Origin: Octopus sinensis
Lineage: Eukaryota
Assembly (NCBI RefSeq): GCF_006345805.1
Contig: NC_043006.1
Location: 72,292,001 to 72,356,000 of the forward strand
Direction of reading: 5' to 3'
Length of the DNA: 64,000 bases
Positions 27,602 through 39,699 of the stretch are shown piece after piece. Position numbers and translations under genes: made by a program. Below the pieces are notes generated by a model, which saw only the letters and a program-made list of their open reading frames with translations, did not search any database and was not told the origin of the DNA. Position 1 is the stretch's first letter. The number at the start of each line of letters is the position of its first letter.

Positions 27602-29358
27602 TGTACAGAGATGTACAGAGATGCCGTAAGTAAGGTTAGAGTTGGCAGCATGTACACAGAAGAATTCAAGGTAGAGGTTGGGGTCCACCAGGGTTCAGTA
27701 CTCAGCCCCCTCCTATTTATCATAGTCCTCCAGGCAATTGTGGAGGAATTCAAGACAGGTTGTCCCTGGGAGCTCCTCTATGCTGACGACCTTGCTCTTA
27801 TTGCTGAGTCACTATCAGAACTGGAGGAGAAGTTCCAGGTGTGGAAGGAGGGTTTAGAATCAAGGGGCCTTAGAGTCAACCTAGCTAAAACCAAAGTACT
27901 AATAAGTAGAAAGGTAGAAAATCCACAAATATCTTCAGGAAGATGGCCCTGCTCGATCTGTAGAAAAGGTGTAGGTAGAAACTCTATAAGATGTACCCAG
28001 TGTAAGCTATGGACACATAAGAGGTGCAGCAATGTCAAAGGTAGGCTAACTGGGAAGATAGTTTTTGTATGTGGCAGATGCTCTGGAGCATTAACCTCCG
28101 AAAATCTGCAGAAAACAACTTCCGTCACTTTCCAGGGGGGAAAAACTAGAAGTAGTTGATAGCTTCCGTTATCTAGGTGACCAAGTCAGTAGTGGGGGTG
28201 GGTGCGCTGAAAGTGTAACTGCTAGAATAAGAATAGCCTGGGCAAAGTTTAGGGAGCTCTTACCTCTGCTGGTGACTAAAGGCCTCTCGCTCAGAGTAAA
28301 AGGCAGACTGTATGATGCATGTGTACAAACAGCTATGCTACATGGCAGTGAAACATGGGCCGTGACTGCTGAGGACATGCGTAAGCTTGTGAGGAACGAA
28401 GCCAGTATGCTCCGATGGATGTGTAATGTCAGTGTACTTACTCGACAGAGCGTTAGTACCTTGAGAGAAATGTTGTACCTAAGAAGCATCAGTTGTTGTG
28501 TGCAAGAGAGACGATTGCGCTGGTATGGTCATGTGGCGAGAATGGATGAAGATAGGTGTGTGAGAAAGTGCCAATCCCTAGCAGTTGAGGGAACCCGTGG
28601 AAGAGGTAGACCCAGGAAAACCTGGGACGAAGTGGTGAAGCACGACCTTCGGACGTTAGGTCTCACCATGGAAATGACTAGAGACCGAGACCTATGGAAG
28701 TATGCTGTGCGTGAGAAGACCCGGCAAGACTAGTGAAGCCATAATCCGTGGCCCCTACCTGGGACGTAGTCAGTCCACCTGTGCATACCTTCCTTCTTGT
28801 GACACTTGTGAAGACCTGTTGAGGCAAGTGAGAATCGAATCGAATCAAATCAAATCAAATCGAACCAAATCAAAATAGATGAACATCAATGGAATTTGTA
28901 TCCTTGTGGTACCAGTGCCGGTGGCACATAAGAAAACCATCCGAACGTGATCGTAGCCAGTACCGCAACGACTGGCCTCCGTGCTGAGGGCACGTAACAA
29001 ACACCATCCGAGCGTGGCCGTCCGCCAGCCCCGTCTGGCACCTGTGTCGGTGACACATAAGAAAACACCATCCGAGCGTGGCCGTCAGCCAGCCTCGTCT
29101 GGCACCTGTGTCGGTGGCACATAAAAAACACCATCCGAGCGTGGCCATCTGCCAGCCTCGTCTGGCACCTGTGTCGGTGGCACATAAAATCACCCACTAC
29201 ACTCTCGGAGTGGTTGGCGTTAGGAAGGGCATCCAGCTGTAGAAACACTGCCAGATCTGACTGGCCTGGTGCAGCCTTCGGGCTTGCCAGACCCCAGTTG
29301 AACCGTCCAACCCATGCTAGCATGGAAAGCGGACGTTAAACGATGATGATGATGATGA

Positions 29359-29362
<4 letters not shown>
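27601..29362 (+). mobile_element. 5'-truncated RTE-clade LINE (RT C-terminal half, PHD-like finger, 3' UTR with 62-bp repeats, (GAT)n tail), inserted in (TA)n
   Basis: GVHQGSVLSPLLF, YADDL, KTKV, YLG, LHGSETW, RRLRWYGHV, RGRPRKTW; stop at 28733; tail GATGATGAT at ~29342; one frameshift near 28140. Confidence 0.95.
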
Positions 29363-29416
<54 letters not shown>

Positions 29417-29600
29417 GGCGCAGGAGTGGCTGTGTGGTAAGTAGCTTGTTTACCAGCCACATGGTTCCAGGTTCAGTCCCACTGCGTGGCACCTTGGGCA
29501 AGTGTCTTCTACTATAGCCCCAGGCCGACCAAAGCCTTGTGAGTGGATTTGGTAGACGGAAACTGAAAGAAGCCCGTCGTATATATGTATATATATATAC
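29417..29600 (+). mobile_element. tRNA-derived SINE (GGCGCAGGAGTGGCTGTGTGG family)
   Basis: Head, GGGCAAGTGTCTTCTACTATAGCC core and GAAACTGAAAGAAGCCCGTCG end. Relatives at 32785-32870(-), 60760-60935(-), 62630-62765(-) and 63880-64000(+). Confidence 0.85.
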
Positions 29601-29624
29601 GTGTGTGTGTTTGTGTGTCTGCGT

Positions 29625-29825
29625 TTGTCCCCCCTAGCATTGCTTGACAACCGATGCTGGTGTGTTTATGTCCCCGTTACTTAGCGGTTCGGCAAAAGAG
29701 ACCGATAGAATAAGTACTGGGCTTACAAAAGAATAAGTTCCGGGGTCGAGTTGCTTGATTAAAGGCGGTGCTCCAGCATGGCCGCAGTCAAATGACTGAA
29801 ACAAGTAAAAGAGTAAAGAGTATAT
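29625..29825 (+). mobile_element. SINE segment (GGCGGTGCTCCAGCATGGCCGCAG family)
   Basis: Related copies at 25990-26045, 32480-32690, 50285-50365, 52135-52195 and 60580-60720. Confidence 0.75.
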
Positions 29826-29858
29826 AGACAGACAGGTAGATAGATAGATCGATCGATC

Positions 29859-29931
<73 letters not shown>

Positions 29932-30659
29932 GTATACATATACATAGTAAAATAAGGATTCAGATAGAATCGGGTACTTTGAAGGTGCACCAAAGTAGGG
30001 TTGGATAAACCTGTGGTTCTAGCCTATGGTTGGTGAATATCAAATAGGATATTCCGGTTGTGTACACAGAGAAAACCAACTCCATAAGTATTTAGCACCA
30101 CGGGGCTGATCCAAAGCATGCATTACATTGAACTGTATGTTGTTGGTATACTCTAAGGTATCCGACAAGTCATAAATCCCCTTGGTGTAGTATAATCAAA
30201 TGAATAATAACAGATGATGGATAATTGTCAGCTCATTACAACTGTTTCTTACACATTTTTTAATAGAAGAATGAGAACATTACTTCATTACAAAAACCAT
30301 AATCATTAGATGGAGCGTAATTTTACAAACAAAATATCCCAAGAATGCAGCCTTCCAATAAACAAGTCTAGCAGACACCTATTTCACCTAGGTTGCTGAC
30401 CTTAAATATATTACACTTTTTCACAAGCTATATTCTTAACCTAACCCCACACCCTAATGCCCACAATGGTCAATTTTGTTGGTCATTCTCCCATTTCATA
30501 ATTAGCCTTGATAGACTTCAGCCACATCCCTGTTGTATTCTTAGGATATTCTTTTGTTTGGGAAATTATGTTTCATTTGATGATTACAGTTTTTTATAAT
30601 GAAGTAACGTTCACATTCTTCTATTAAAAAATGCATAAGAAATGGCTGTAATAAGCTAG

Positions 30660-31095
30660 CATTGGGCCTCATGGAGACAAAGTGGCTGAGTTTTTTTTTA
30701 GTGTTGAGGCTCACAGTGATAAGGTGACTCAGTTCCTTTCGAGCATTGGGCCCCATGGAGGCAAAGTGGCCGAGCTCCCTTTGAGTGTTGGGCCTCACAG
30801 AGGCAATAACCAAGACCTTTGGCATTATGTCATGCTTGAGAAGAAGACCCATCAAGCTGATAAAAATCACAGTCATGGCAGATACTGGTGTCACGCAAAT
30901 GGCACCTGTGCCACTGGCACGTAAATGCACCTATTACACTCTTGGAGTGGTTGGCATTAGAAAAGGCATCCAACCGTAGAAAACCATGCCAAATCAGACT
31001 GGATCCTGGCACAGCCTTCCAGTGTGCCAGCCCAGTCAAACCATCCAACTCATGCCAGCATGGACAATGGACGTTAAATGATGATGATGATGATA
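30660..31095 (+). mobile_element. RTE-type 3' tail preceded by a ~42-bp degenerate minisatellite (~3.5 units)
   Basis: CATTGGGCC.CATGGAG.CAAAGTGGC recurs at 30660 and 30745; GGAGTGGTTGGCATTAGAAAAGGCATCC and a (GAT)n tail follow. Confidence 0.7.
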
Positions 31096-31689
31096 TACAT
31101 ATATATAGAAATAATTAAGATTCGGTTGAATAAGGTACTTAAGTTGATGCATCAAGTCAGTTCGGCATTATCCGCAAGGCCCAAAGTAAGGTGATACATA
31201 CATATATATACACATTGCCAGTGGATCATATATCCGTAAAAGAAGCACACTCTAAAGAATAGAGCAGTAATGTATTTTACAAGCTGGTAAATATATGTCC
31301 AGTCATAGAGTGACCAATGGTTTTGCATCCATTGCATGTATAAGGCCTTGTGCTTTATAGATGCAAAACTATTGGTCACTCTATGACTGCACATGTATTT
31401 AACTGCTTGTAAATGTGTGGGGGGTGTATGTGTGTGTGAGCGTGGGTGTGTATGTGTGGGTGTATGTATGTTTGTATGTGTGTAAGAACAAACTGGATAC
31501 TGTACTGTGTGAGGTGTTAGAATCTATTATTTTAGGTTTACAGTCAATGAGAGTGAAAGCTTTTAGCTTCCAACTATAATTTAACAAGAGCACATGCACA
31601 ATCAGGATACGATTTACTCTTTCATTGGCAACCAATGTAGCCAGACCAATGTGAATGATGTATTTATAATAAACGTTAACATACAGTGA

Positions 31690-32190
31690 GTCACAATTTG
31701 TTTTGAAGTTTTATGTATCTTTTGGCCTTATTTGGAACAAACTGGGAAGAAGAGACAATTGTAATTGTAGTCATGATAACCTTAGACTTATCAATGGGAA
31801 AGAATTTCCTGCTGTTGTGCATGTTACTTGGAGCAGCGTAGGAGTTAGTGGGAGAGGATAGGAATGGAGCGGTGTAGGAGAAGAATGAATTGAGTAAAAT
31901 AGGATTACGTAGCAATGGGTTGCTTAGTGTTGGGGTACGTGACCGGTTGGTGAATATTTCGTTTGAATGTCATCTGTTTTTCTATTTTTACTTTCTTTTT
32001 TCAACCAGAGTGCAGGGAGGATGGTCATGGTGGTAACAGCAGTATATGGCATAGATGAGAGGGGAGAATGAGTTGTAACCAGAAGGGCAGACTCAAACAA
32101 AATCTTTGGTGTGTTTGGCAAGGATGCAGATGAGGAATTTATAGCAAATAAATATACCACTGCAAAGAGGATGGTGATGGCAGCAACCAC
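31690..32190 (-). pseudogene. Possible RNase H-region relic of an old LINE
   Basis: ITILFAVVYLFAINSSSASLPNTPKILFESAL resembles the RNase H AEL.AI..A / IFTDS region; weak. Confidence 0.3.
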
Positions 32191-32718
32191 TTTATAGAGT
32201 GTATTGGGTGCTTTTTATGTGACACCGGTAGCAGTGAGGTCACCAAGTAACTTGCAGGACAAGACCCCCTCAGCTGGGGAGAGTAGTCTTGGGGGACAGA
32301 AAAGTTATCTTACATTAGAAGAGAAACATGGCTACTTCAGATAGACAAACAGACAGAAGACAGAAAGATGGTAAAGGTGTGACTGGGAGGTGGCAGGGGC
32401 CATGCACCCAAGTTATGGGGTGGTGTATATAGCGAAGTGGAGGGTGAGTGGGTGAGTGATCTCTCTTTACTCTTTTACTCTTTACTCTTTTACTTGTTTC
32501 AGTCATGTGACTGTGGTCATACTAGAGCACTGCCTTTAGTCGAGTGAATCGACCCCAAGACTTATTCTTTGTAAGCCTAGTACTTATTCTATTGGTCTCT
32601 TTTGCCGAACCACTAAGTTACGGGTACATAAACACACCAGCATCAGTTGTCAAGCAATGTTGGGGGACAAACACAGCCACACAAACATACACATACACAC
32701 ACACATACATACATATAT

Positions 32719-32778
<60 letters not shown>

Positions 32779-33404
32779 TACGACAGGCTTCTTTCAGTTT
32801 CCATCTACCAAATCCACTCACATGGCTTTGGTCGGCCCGAGGCTATGGTAGAAGACACTTGCCCAAGATGAGAATCTGCATCCTTATATTTTCAAATAGG
32901 GGAGTCCAGCACCCCCTCTCAGCACAGCGCAGTGGCTGTGTGTTTATTTTGAAGTATAACCAATTTATTGCAGATAAATTTTAACAAAATCCTATATGGA
33001 CCCAAGTTAAGAACCAGAGAAATAGTCAGTAGATGGCTGCAGCTTGCCAAATACTACCTGAGGCATTTAGAGAGCCTGTCAGCCAAATTGATGACCAATG
33101 ACCTTTGAAAACTGTGGTCGTGCTGCTGACAGAAGAGAACAGTTTGGTGGCTGCTGATGAATTCTACTTGGCCAAAGTACAAGTTCAAGGATGTTAACGA
33201 GGATAAAAGTGAATTAGGTCTTGAATTTTTTGGAAAGTGATGATTTTTCTAAAGCACTTGGTGAAGACAATGGTAAAAAATGACAAAAAAAACCCCCCCA
33301 AAAACGTTCAAGCCTATATTAATGGTTATCTACAAACATAAAACATGTTAAAAGAGAGTTAATAGTTTCTCAAGTTAGTCAAACAATTAGTGCGAGGGTC
33401 ATCA

Positions 33405-33479
33405 TCACCATCATCATCATCATTGTCATCATCATCATCATCATTGTCATCATCATCATCATCATTGTCATCATCATCG

Positions 33480-33524
<45 letters not shown>

Positions 33525-33590
33525 CCGTCATCATCACCAGCATCACCATCATCACCACCACCACCACCAACACCACCATCATCATCACCT
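33405..33590. repeat. (CAT)n/(CAC)n trinucleotide tract
   Basis: Direct reading; gives the poly-D, poly-M and poly-S ORFs. Confidence 0.95.
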
Positions 33591-34697
33591 TTAGTGTCTT
33601 TCTCCTCATCATCGCTATTTTCCATTCTCCGCATGATATTTTAGTAATGATTGTTCATAATGAGAGAAATTATCGATCATTCATAGGAAATTCTTTTGAT
33701 TTTGCATGACTACACTCTTTAATCGAAGTAGAACAACTGTTTTTCACATGTCACTGAAATAAAACAAATAGTGTCAGTTGTATAATAATGCAGTTCTTAG
33801 TGTGGGCTCCACAATGGAAACCATCTGTAATATCCTGTGTAAATAACTAACCTACCAAACGACTTGTTCGTCTCGCTGTTTGGTTGAAGATGAGATTACA
33901 CTCACGACAAAGATCCACTAAGGACAAACAGTGCAATAATAGAAAACGTAGAATATATTGCAGCAGTAAATTCACACACACTTACATATACCTTCGAATG
34001 AATGCACACAATCACGTAACACACCCACACTTATAAGCATGAGTGAACACTGACAGAGAGATAAATACAGTTACATAGAAGAATCACAAGTTTATACACA
34101 GAATATCCCAATTCAGTGATATGATTGGTCAAGATACAGATTATAGGATGAACAGCTGAATATTTCATCAGTTAGGATCTTGTTAATATATTCATCTATT
34201 GCTATGGTTTGTACTCAAAACATACACACATATATATACATGTATAAAACTGCAAGTGAATGTTTGATGATCTTTGGCAAAACTGTTCAGGAAAAGAAAA
34301 TATGACCATAATTTTAAGGTAAAATTTTGATATATTTTGAAATTCACTAAATGAAAACATTTCAGCAAATTTTTGTTATTTTGATTGGGGTGCATTCCCT
34401 TGAAAGTGGAGAATTGTTGGTGTAAAATTGATTTCAAAGCTGGGAATAAGAAAATGAGATGACATCCTCATTCATACCTTTCTAAAAGACAGTAGAAACA
34501 TTAAGTGAAGTGGTTACAACAGAGATTTAAAACTCAGTCACAAATTTTGTTAACCATGAGATCTATTACACTCTTCACTGAAATGTTAATGTTCCCTCAT
34601 AAAATTGCTTTTATTTGTTTAGAAAACAAATTTGTTCTCAGTATTAAATTTGTTCTGGTCATAGGAAAAATTATTATATGAAGATTCTTTTAGTAAA

Positions 34698-34928
34698 GGT
34701 GGCAAGTTGGCAGAAACATTAGCACGCCAGGCAAAATGCTTTGTGGTATTTCGTCCACCGCTGCGTTCTGAGTTCAAATTCCATCGAGGTCGACTTTGGC
34801 TTTCATCCTTTCGGGGTTGATAAATTAAGTACCAGTTATGCACTGGGGTCGATGTAATAGACTTAATCACTTTGTCTGTCCTTGTTTGTCCCCTCTATGT
34901 TCAGCCCCTTGTGGGCAATAAAGAAATA
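34698..34928 (+). mobile_element. Full-length tRNA-derived SINE (GAGGTCGACTTTG family) flanked by 204-bp direct repeats
   Basis: Head GGTGGCAAGTTGGCAGAAAC, B-box GAGTTCAAATTCC, tail AAAGAAATA; flanks 34494-34697 and 34929-35132. Confidence 0.9.
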
Positions 34929-35451
34929 AGAAACATTAAGTGAAGTGGTTACAACTGGGATTTGAAACTCAGTCACAGATTTTGTTAACCATGAGATCTA
35001 TTATATTCTTCACTGAAACATTAATGTTCTCTCATAAAATTGCTTTTATTTGTTTAGAAAACAAATTTGTTCCCAGTATTAAATTTGTTCTGGTCATCAG
35101 AAAAATAATTATATGAAGATTCCTTTAGTAAAATATTGTTTTACCAATAAAAAGGATTTATCAATCTTTGGTAAATCAGAATGATAAAGTCTGCAATAAA
35201 TGTCATTTCTATCAAGATTATATTCAGGTACAGTTGAAAGAACCCTAGACAGTTATATAACAATAACAGATAAGAATATGTTGGTTGATGATACAAAGAT
35301 TTGAGACAAACATAAGACAGAGTAATTTCAGGAAGCAATCTGACATTAAATAATTCCATTTATAAAACCATTACACCAACATCACCTATTTCATTAATGA
35401 CCTCATCACCATCACAACAAAATGCTACACTAATCACCACACAAACCTATT

Positions 35452-35678
35452 TCTTTATTACCCACAAGGGGCTAAACACAGAGTGGACAAACAAGGACAG
35501 ACATAGGTATTAAGTCGATTACATCAACCCCAGTGCGTAACTGGTACTTAGTTTATCGACCCCGAAAGGATGAAAGGCAAAGTCGACCTCGGTGGAATTT
35601 GAACTCACAACGTAACGCAGACGAAATACTGCTAAGCATTTCGCCTGGCGTGCTAACGTTTCTGTCAGCTCACCACAC
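35452..35678 (-). mobile_element. Full-length SINE of the same family, inverted relative to 34698-34928
   Basis: Reverse complement aligns over ~220 bp. Confidence 0.9.
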
Positions 35679-38199
35679 AAACCGTTACATCAAACACTGC
35701 AGCAACCATTAGACTAACTATTGCACCAACCATTACATCAACAAACAACCCACCCATGCTACTGTGCTAAACATTACAACAACAGCCACATGAAGTGCTA
35801 TAGCAATCATTATACTAACAGCTGCACAAACAACCACAACCAACACACTAACACTGTTTTACTTCATTATAGAAATATGCCAATAATTATGTAAATCCCT
35901 ATACATCAAAATTGTAGTTGTGGTGTTGGAGTTACATTCATAAGGTCATGGTTTCAATTCCATTACAACAACAACCAGACTCACACTAACTAATATTTAA
36001 TACTATAATGAAAAGAGCTAAAAATAACAGTGAAATTGCCCTTAAATAAAAAGGAAGAGCATTTTAAATAAATGTAATACAGAAAACATTGTGTAAAAAA
36101 TAAAGAGTGGAAGGTCATTAGCGGAATGCTTTGATGTTAGGTCTGCTTGACCAGGGCTAATCTGGGGCCAAACAACAACAACTATAACAATTACAACAAT
36201 GACTTTAAATTAGAAACTGTTACAATGACCTTAGATATAATATTCTTCAAGTTAAAGAATCTATTATGAGAGAACCAGTTGTAATTATAGTATAGGTACC
36301 AGTATAACTGACAATCACCACATGTTGTAGATATTGTAGAAGGTGTAATACAACAGGTAAGTGTTTCATATTCTACCTTTAAAATTAATTATATTTTATT
36401 GTATATTAATTTTGAATATGGGTTGATATTTGAGTGGGATGATGTCAGCAGCTGGGATCTGGGCTCTAACCAAAAGGGGAAGGGTGCGGCAGTGATGGGT
36501 GTGCAGGCAGGGGACAGTTGGGCCTTTTCGATCAGGGTAGCCAAAATAGCCTGTGTTGTATGTGGGAGATTTGAAGTAAGACACCTACCTTCTCTTCGTT
36601 GACGCAGACTTCTCCTGTGGTAATGCACCCTTCCACGTGGCCCAAGACGATTGGGGAGAGGAGGAGAATGAGGTGCCTAGCCTGAGAAGATCTCAATGTG
36701 CAAGTTGCCCTCCCGGTTGGATGATGGACGTGGAGTAGAGGGAATGTGATCTTTAGGATCAGGGTGGCATGTGGGATGACATCAGCAGCTGGGGAGCTGA
36801 CTGGAAGGGAAGGGCGTGGCAGTGACACACACGCAAACAGGGGATGATTGGGCCTTTTCGATCAGGGTAGCCGACAGTGCTGGACATGTGAGTGCTTCAA
36901 CAAGGTGAGGAAAAGCAGCTGCTATTTTTAGCGTTCAGGTCGGGCCACATGGAAGGGTGCATTACCACTGGAGAGGTCTGCGTCAACGAAGAGAAGGTAG
37001 GTGTCTTGCTTCAAATCTCCCACATACACCACAATTTGATTGTTCAGTAGAGTAAATTTTAGATTCAACTATGCCAGATAATGAAACTATATACTGTAGG
37101 TCTTATGCCTGTCATGAATGGGCAAACTCACTAGGGCAGACTTATCCTGGTTTCCATTGTATTTAAGCAGCCGAGAGAAGACTATGCCTCCACACACACT
37201 GAATGGGAAGCCTGTCCATCACACTTTTCATTTGTGGTTGTTACTAGTTCTCATTTTTAGCTGAGCGAACTGGAGCAATGTGAAATAAAGTGTTTGGCTG
37301 AAGAATACATGTAACCCAGTCAGGGAATTGAAACCACAACCTTATGAATGTAACTCCAACACCACAACTACTATTTTGATGTATAGGGAATTACATAATT
37401 ATTGGCATATTTCTATAATGAAGTAAAGCAAAATGAAAAAAAGTAGAGGTTATCGAAAAATTATTTACAATCTAGTGGTAAAGCATATGTCGTTAGGTAG
37501 TATCTGCCAGATCAAAATCACAATCTTTCAATTATAAGATATGTATTTTCTTTTCTCTTAAATAGAGATTTTAAAGTGAAATTTACTTTATAACATATGT
37601 AGAATTAATTATTCTGCTGGAGGCTTGATTTTTGACATAAATTCATGGACCCTTACTATAAGAAGAACCCTAGCAGAAGGTGACCTTCATTACATTGCAT
37701 ACACAATTTTGTAAAAAAATAGAAATAGGAAGGTCACATGGTATAATCCACCACACAGTATCTAGGTAAAAAACCAGAAGCTTTGACTTTACTTCTCTCA
37801 CCTCACCATAAATACTAGCAAATATTTAATTAGTATATTCTATTACTCCAAACATAACTGACAGTATTGCTAACTCTAATAAATTTAAAACCCATTTGAT
37901 ACCAATCCATCCTAATCTGCCCTTGGTATTATGATACAAATTTTCCATTTTAAAGTGATCAAACTTAAAACCTTCCATCAAAATTTCAGGCTAGTTTATA
38001 TTCCAGACACCAGCTTACTAATGACAAATTTATTTTCATTAATTCTGAGATATTTTCATAATTAATTGAAACAAATACAGTGTATTTCATGAAAAATATG
38101 GTAACAAAATAATTAAACTAACTGAAAACCAAGGTTACAATTCCAGCAGTTCATATCTTGTGCAGTATGTCTTGTAGAGCATGCACTAAGGAATATATT

Positions 38200-39150
38200 G
38201 GCTGTACAGCCAATGTTTATAATAATTGCATCTAGACATGTGTGCACTTATTTAAAAATCCAAGGTTGGGGCACTTATCTTCATTAGCTGAATATGTGAG
38301 GCAAGTCAAAAATTTAAGTGTTGAGTATAAGAATGGTGTGCAAGACTGGTACATTTCATTTGGTGATTTGAGATGAATTCTTTCTCATTTGTGGCAGTCA
38401 TAAACTTTGTAAACTCTTAATGCATGAAATCTTTGAAGGGTTTGTTGATCAACACATCCAAATGTTGCAACAGTGAGCTGAGGACTCTGAGAATCACTAC
38501 AATTTTGGTATTATAATTATGAAAAAGTGATTTTGTTGAATTGGTGATATGAGTGCTGATTTAACTAATACTAATAAGGATATTTTCTTTTGCATCTCAC
38601 TGAGATGTCTTATCTACACTTTCTCTGCCCAAATTTCATTCCTTGTTCATCCAAAAATATCTCTGGAGATGTTTTCCTCTTTTTCCACCTTAAGGAAAGG
38701 TGGAAATTTTTGCCATCATTTGTTCAAGCTAAAAGGACAATATAATGGGTTTTTTCATGTCCAGTTCTTTTGATAGTAATTGTTTTAGACCTTTTAAAAT
38801 CAATGACTTTGTTTGAAGTGACATCAGAAGTAAGAGGAATTTCATTCATGCTTTCAATTTTTGCCATTTTTAAATCTTCTTGCTTTCTAGTCTTTTAAGA
38901 GTAATTTATGAAATCCCAATATTCTATCAATAATAAATTCCACTGTTGGCATATTAATCCTAGGATTTCTATAGTCAATAATCTAAGCATTTATTTGTTC
39001 TTCAAAGTTTGACCATTTATCGATTCCTCTTCAAACATTGCATTTTGTTCATCCTAAAGTCTTGAATTTTACTTCATTTCTTCTCCATGTTTGAATGACA
39101 TATTCAGTAGATGATGGTACAAAATGTCTGGCACAGTTCTATTGCTAAGT
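38200..39150 (-). mobile_element. Decayed pogo/Tigger-like transposase
   Basis: Minus-strand KWSNFEEQINA*IIDYR (CENP-B-type HTH), GHEKTHYIVLLA*TNDGK, SLLQHLDVLINKPFKDF (DDE_1 QPLD..NKPFK motif). Confidence 0.8.
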
Positions 39151-39699
39151 ATTTTAGTGTATTTGATAACTAATAGCTTATAACTAGTAAGATAAGATAG
39201 TTGTTTCTGCTTGGAATCTATTGGGAGTTTTTGTTTTTGCTAAAAGTGCAATGAGCAATAAGAAAAGAGAATGTGGAAGTCAGCAGGAAGAATATGATTC
39301 AAGGTGAAGTACTTACCTGTAAATTAGCGCAGTAGCTAAAAATTTCTATTTTCTTTTTACTAGATTTTGTGCTAAAAATCCAGTATTGGTATATTTATTG
39401 TAAAACTGGATGAGAATATAGAATAGAATAAACAGAATATACAAGATTACATTATTATAGGTTACAGTATCTAAAATAGACCTGTCCTCTTGCACCTGGC
39501 AACTACGGTACTTCTCCTGAGTGTCTAAAACATATTTACCCGCTTGTACCCAGCAGCTGTCTTGCTGCCAATCTCACTAAAAATGCATTATGAAAGCATG
39601 ACCTTTAAATGTAAGTAGATGTCTCAATTGAAGATCTTGGGATATACATTTAAAAATTAGGAAAATGATCTTATAACACTATAATGCATAGGGAAGCTT

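Noticed and set aside
33359-33634. Acidic poly-Asp ORF MRRMENSDDEEK...
   Set aside because: It is a (GAT)n microsatellite open in several frames, with no splice or homology support.
39305-39335. Minus-strand TTTACAG|GTAAGT, a possible recursive splice point
   Set aside because: The polypyrimidine tract is weak and one such match in 64 kb is expected by chance.
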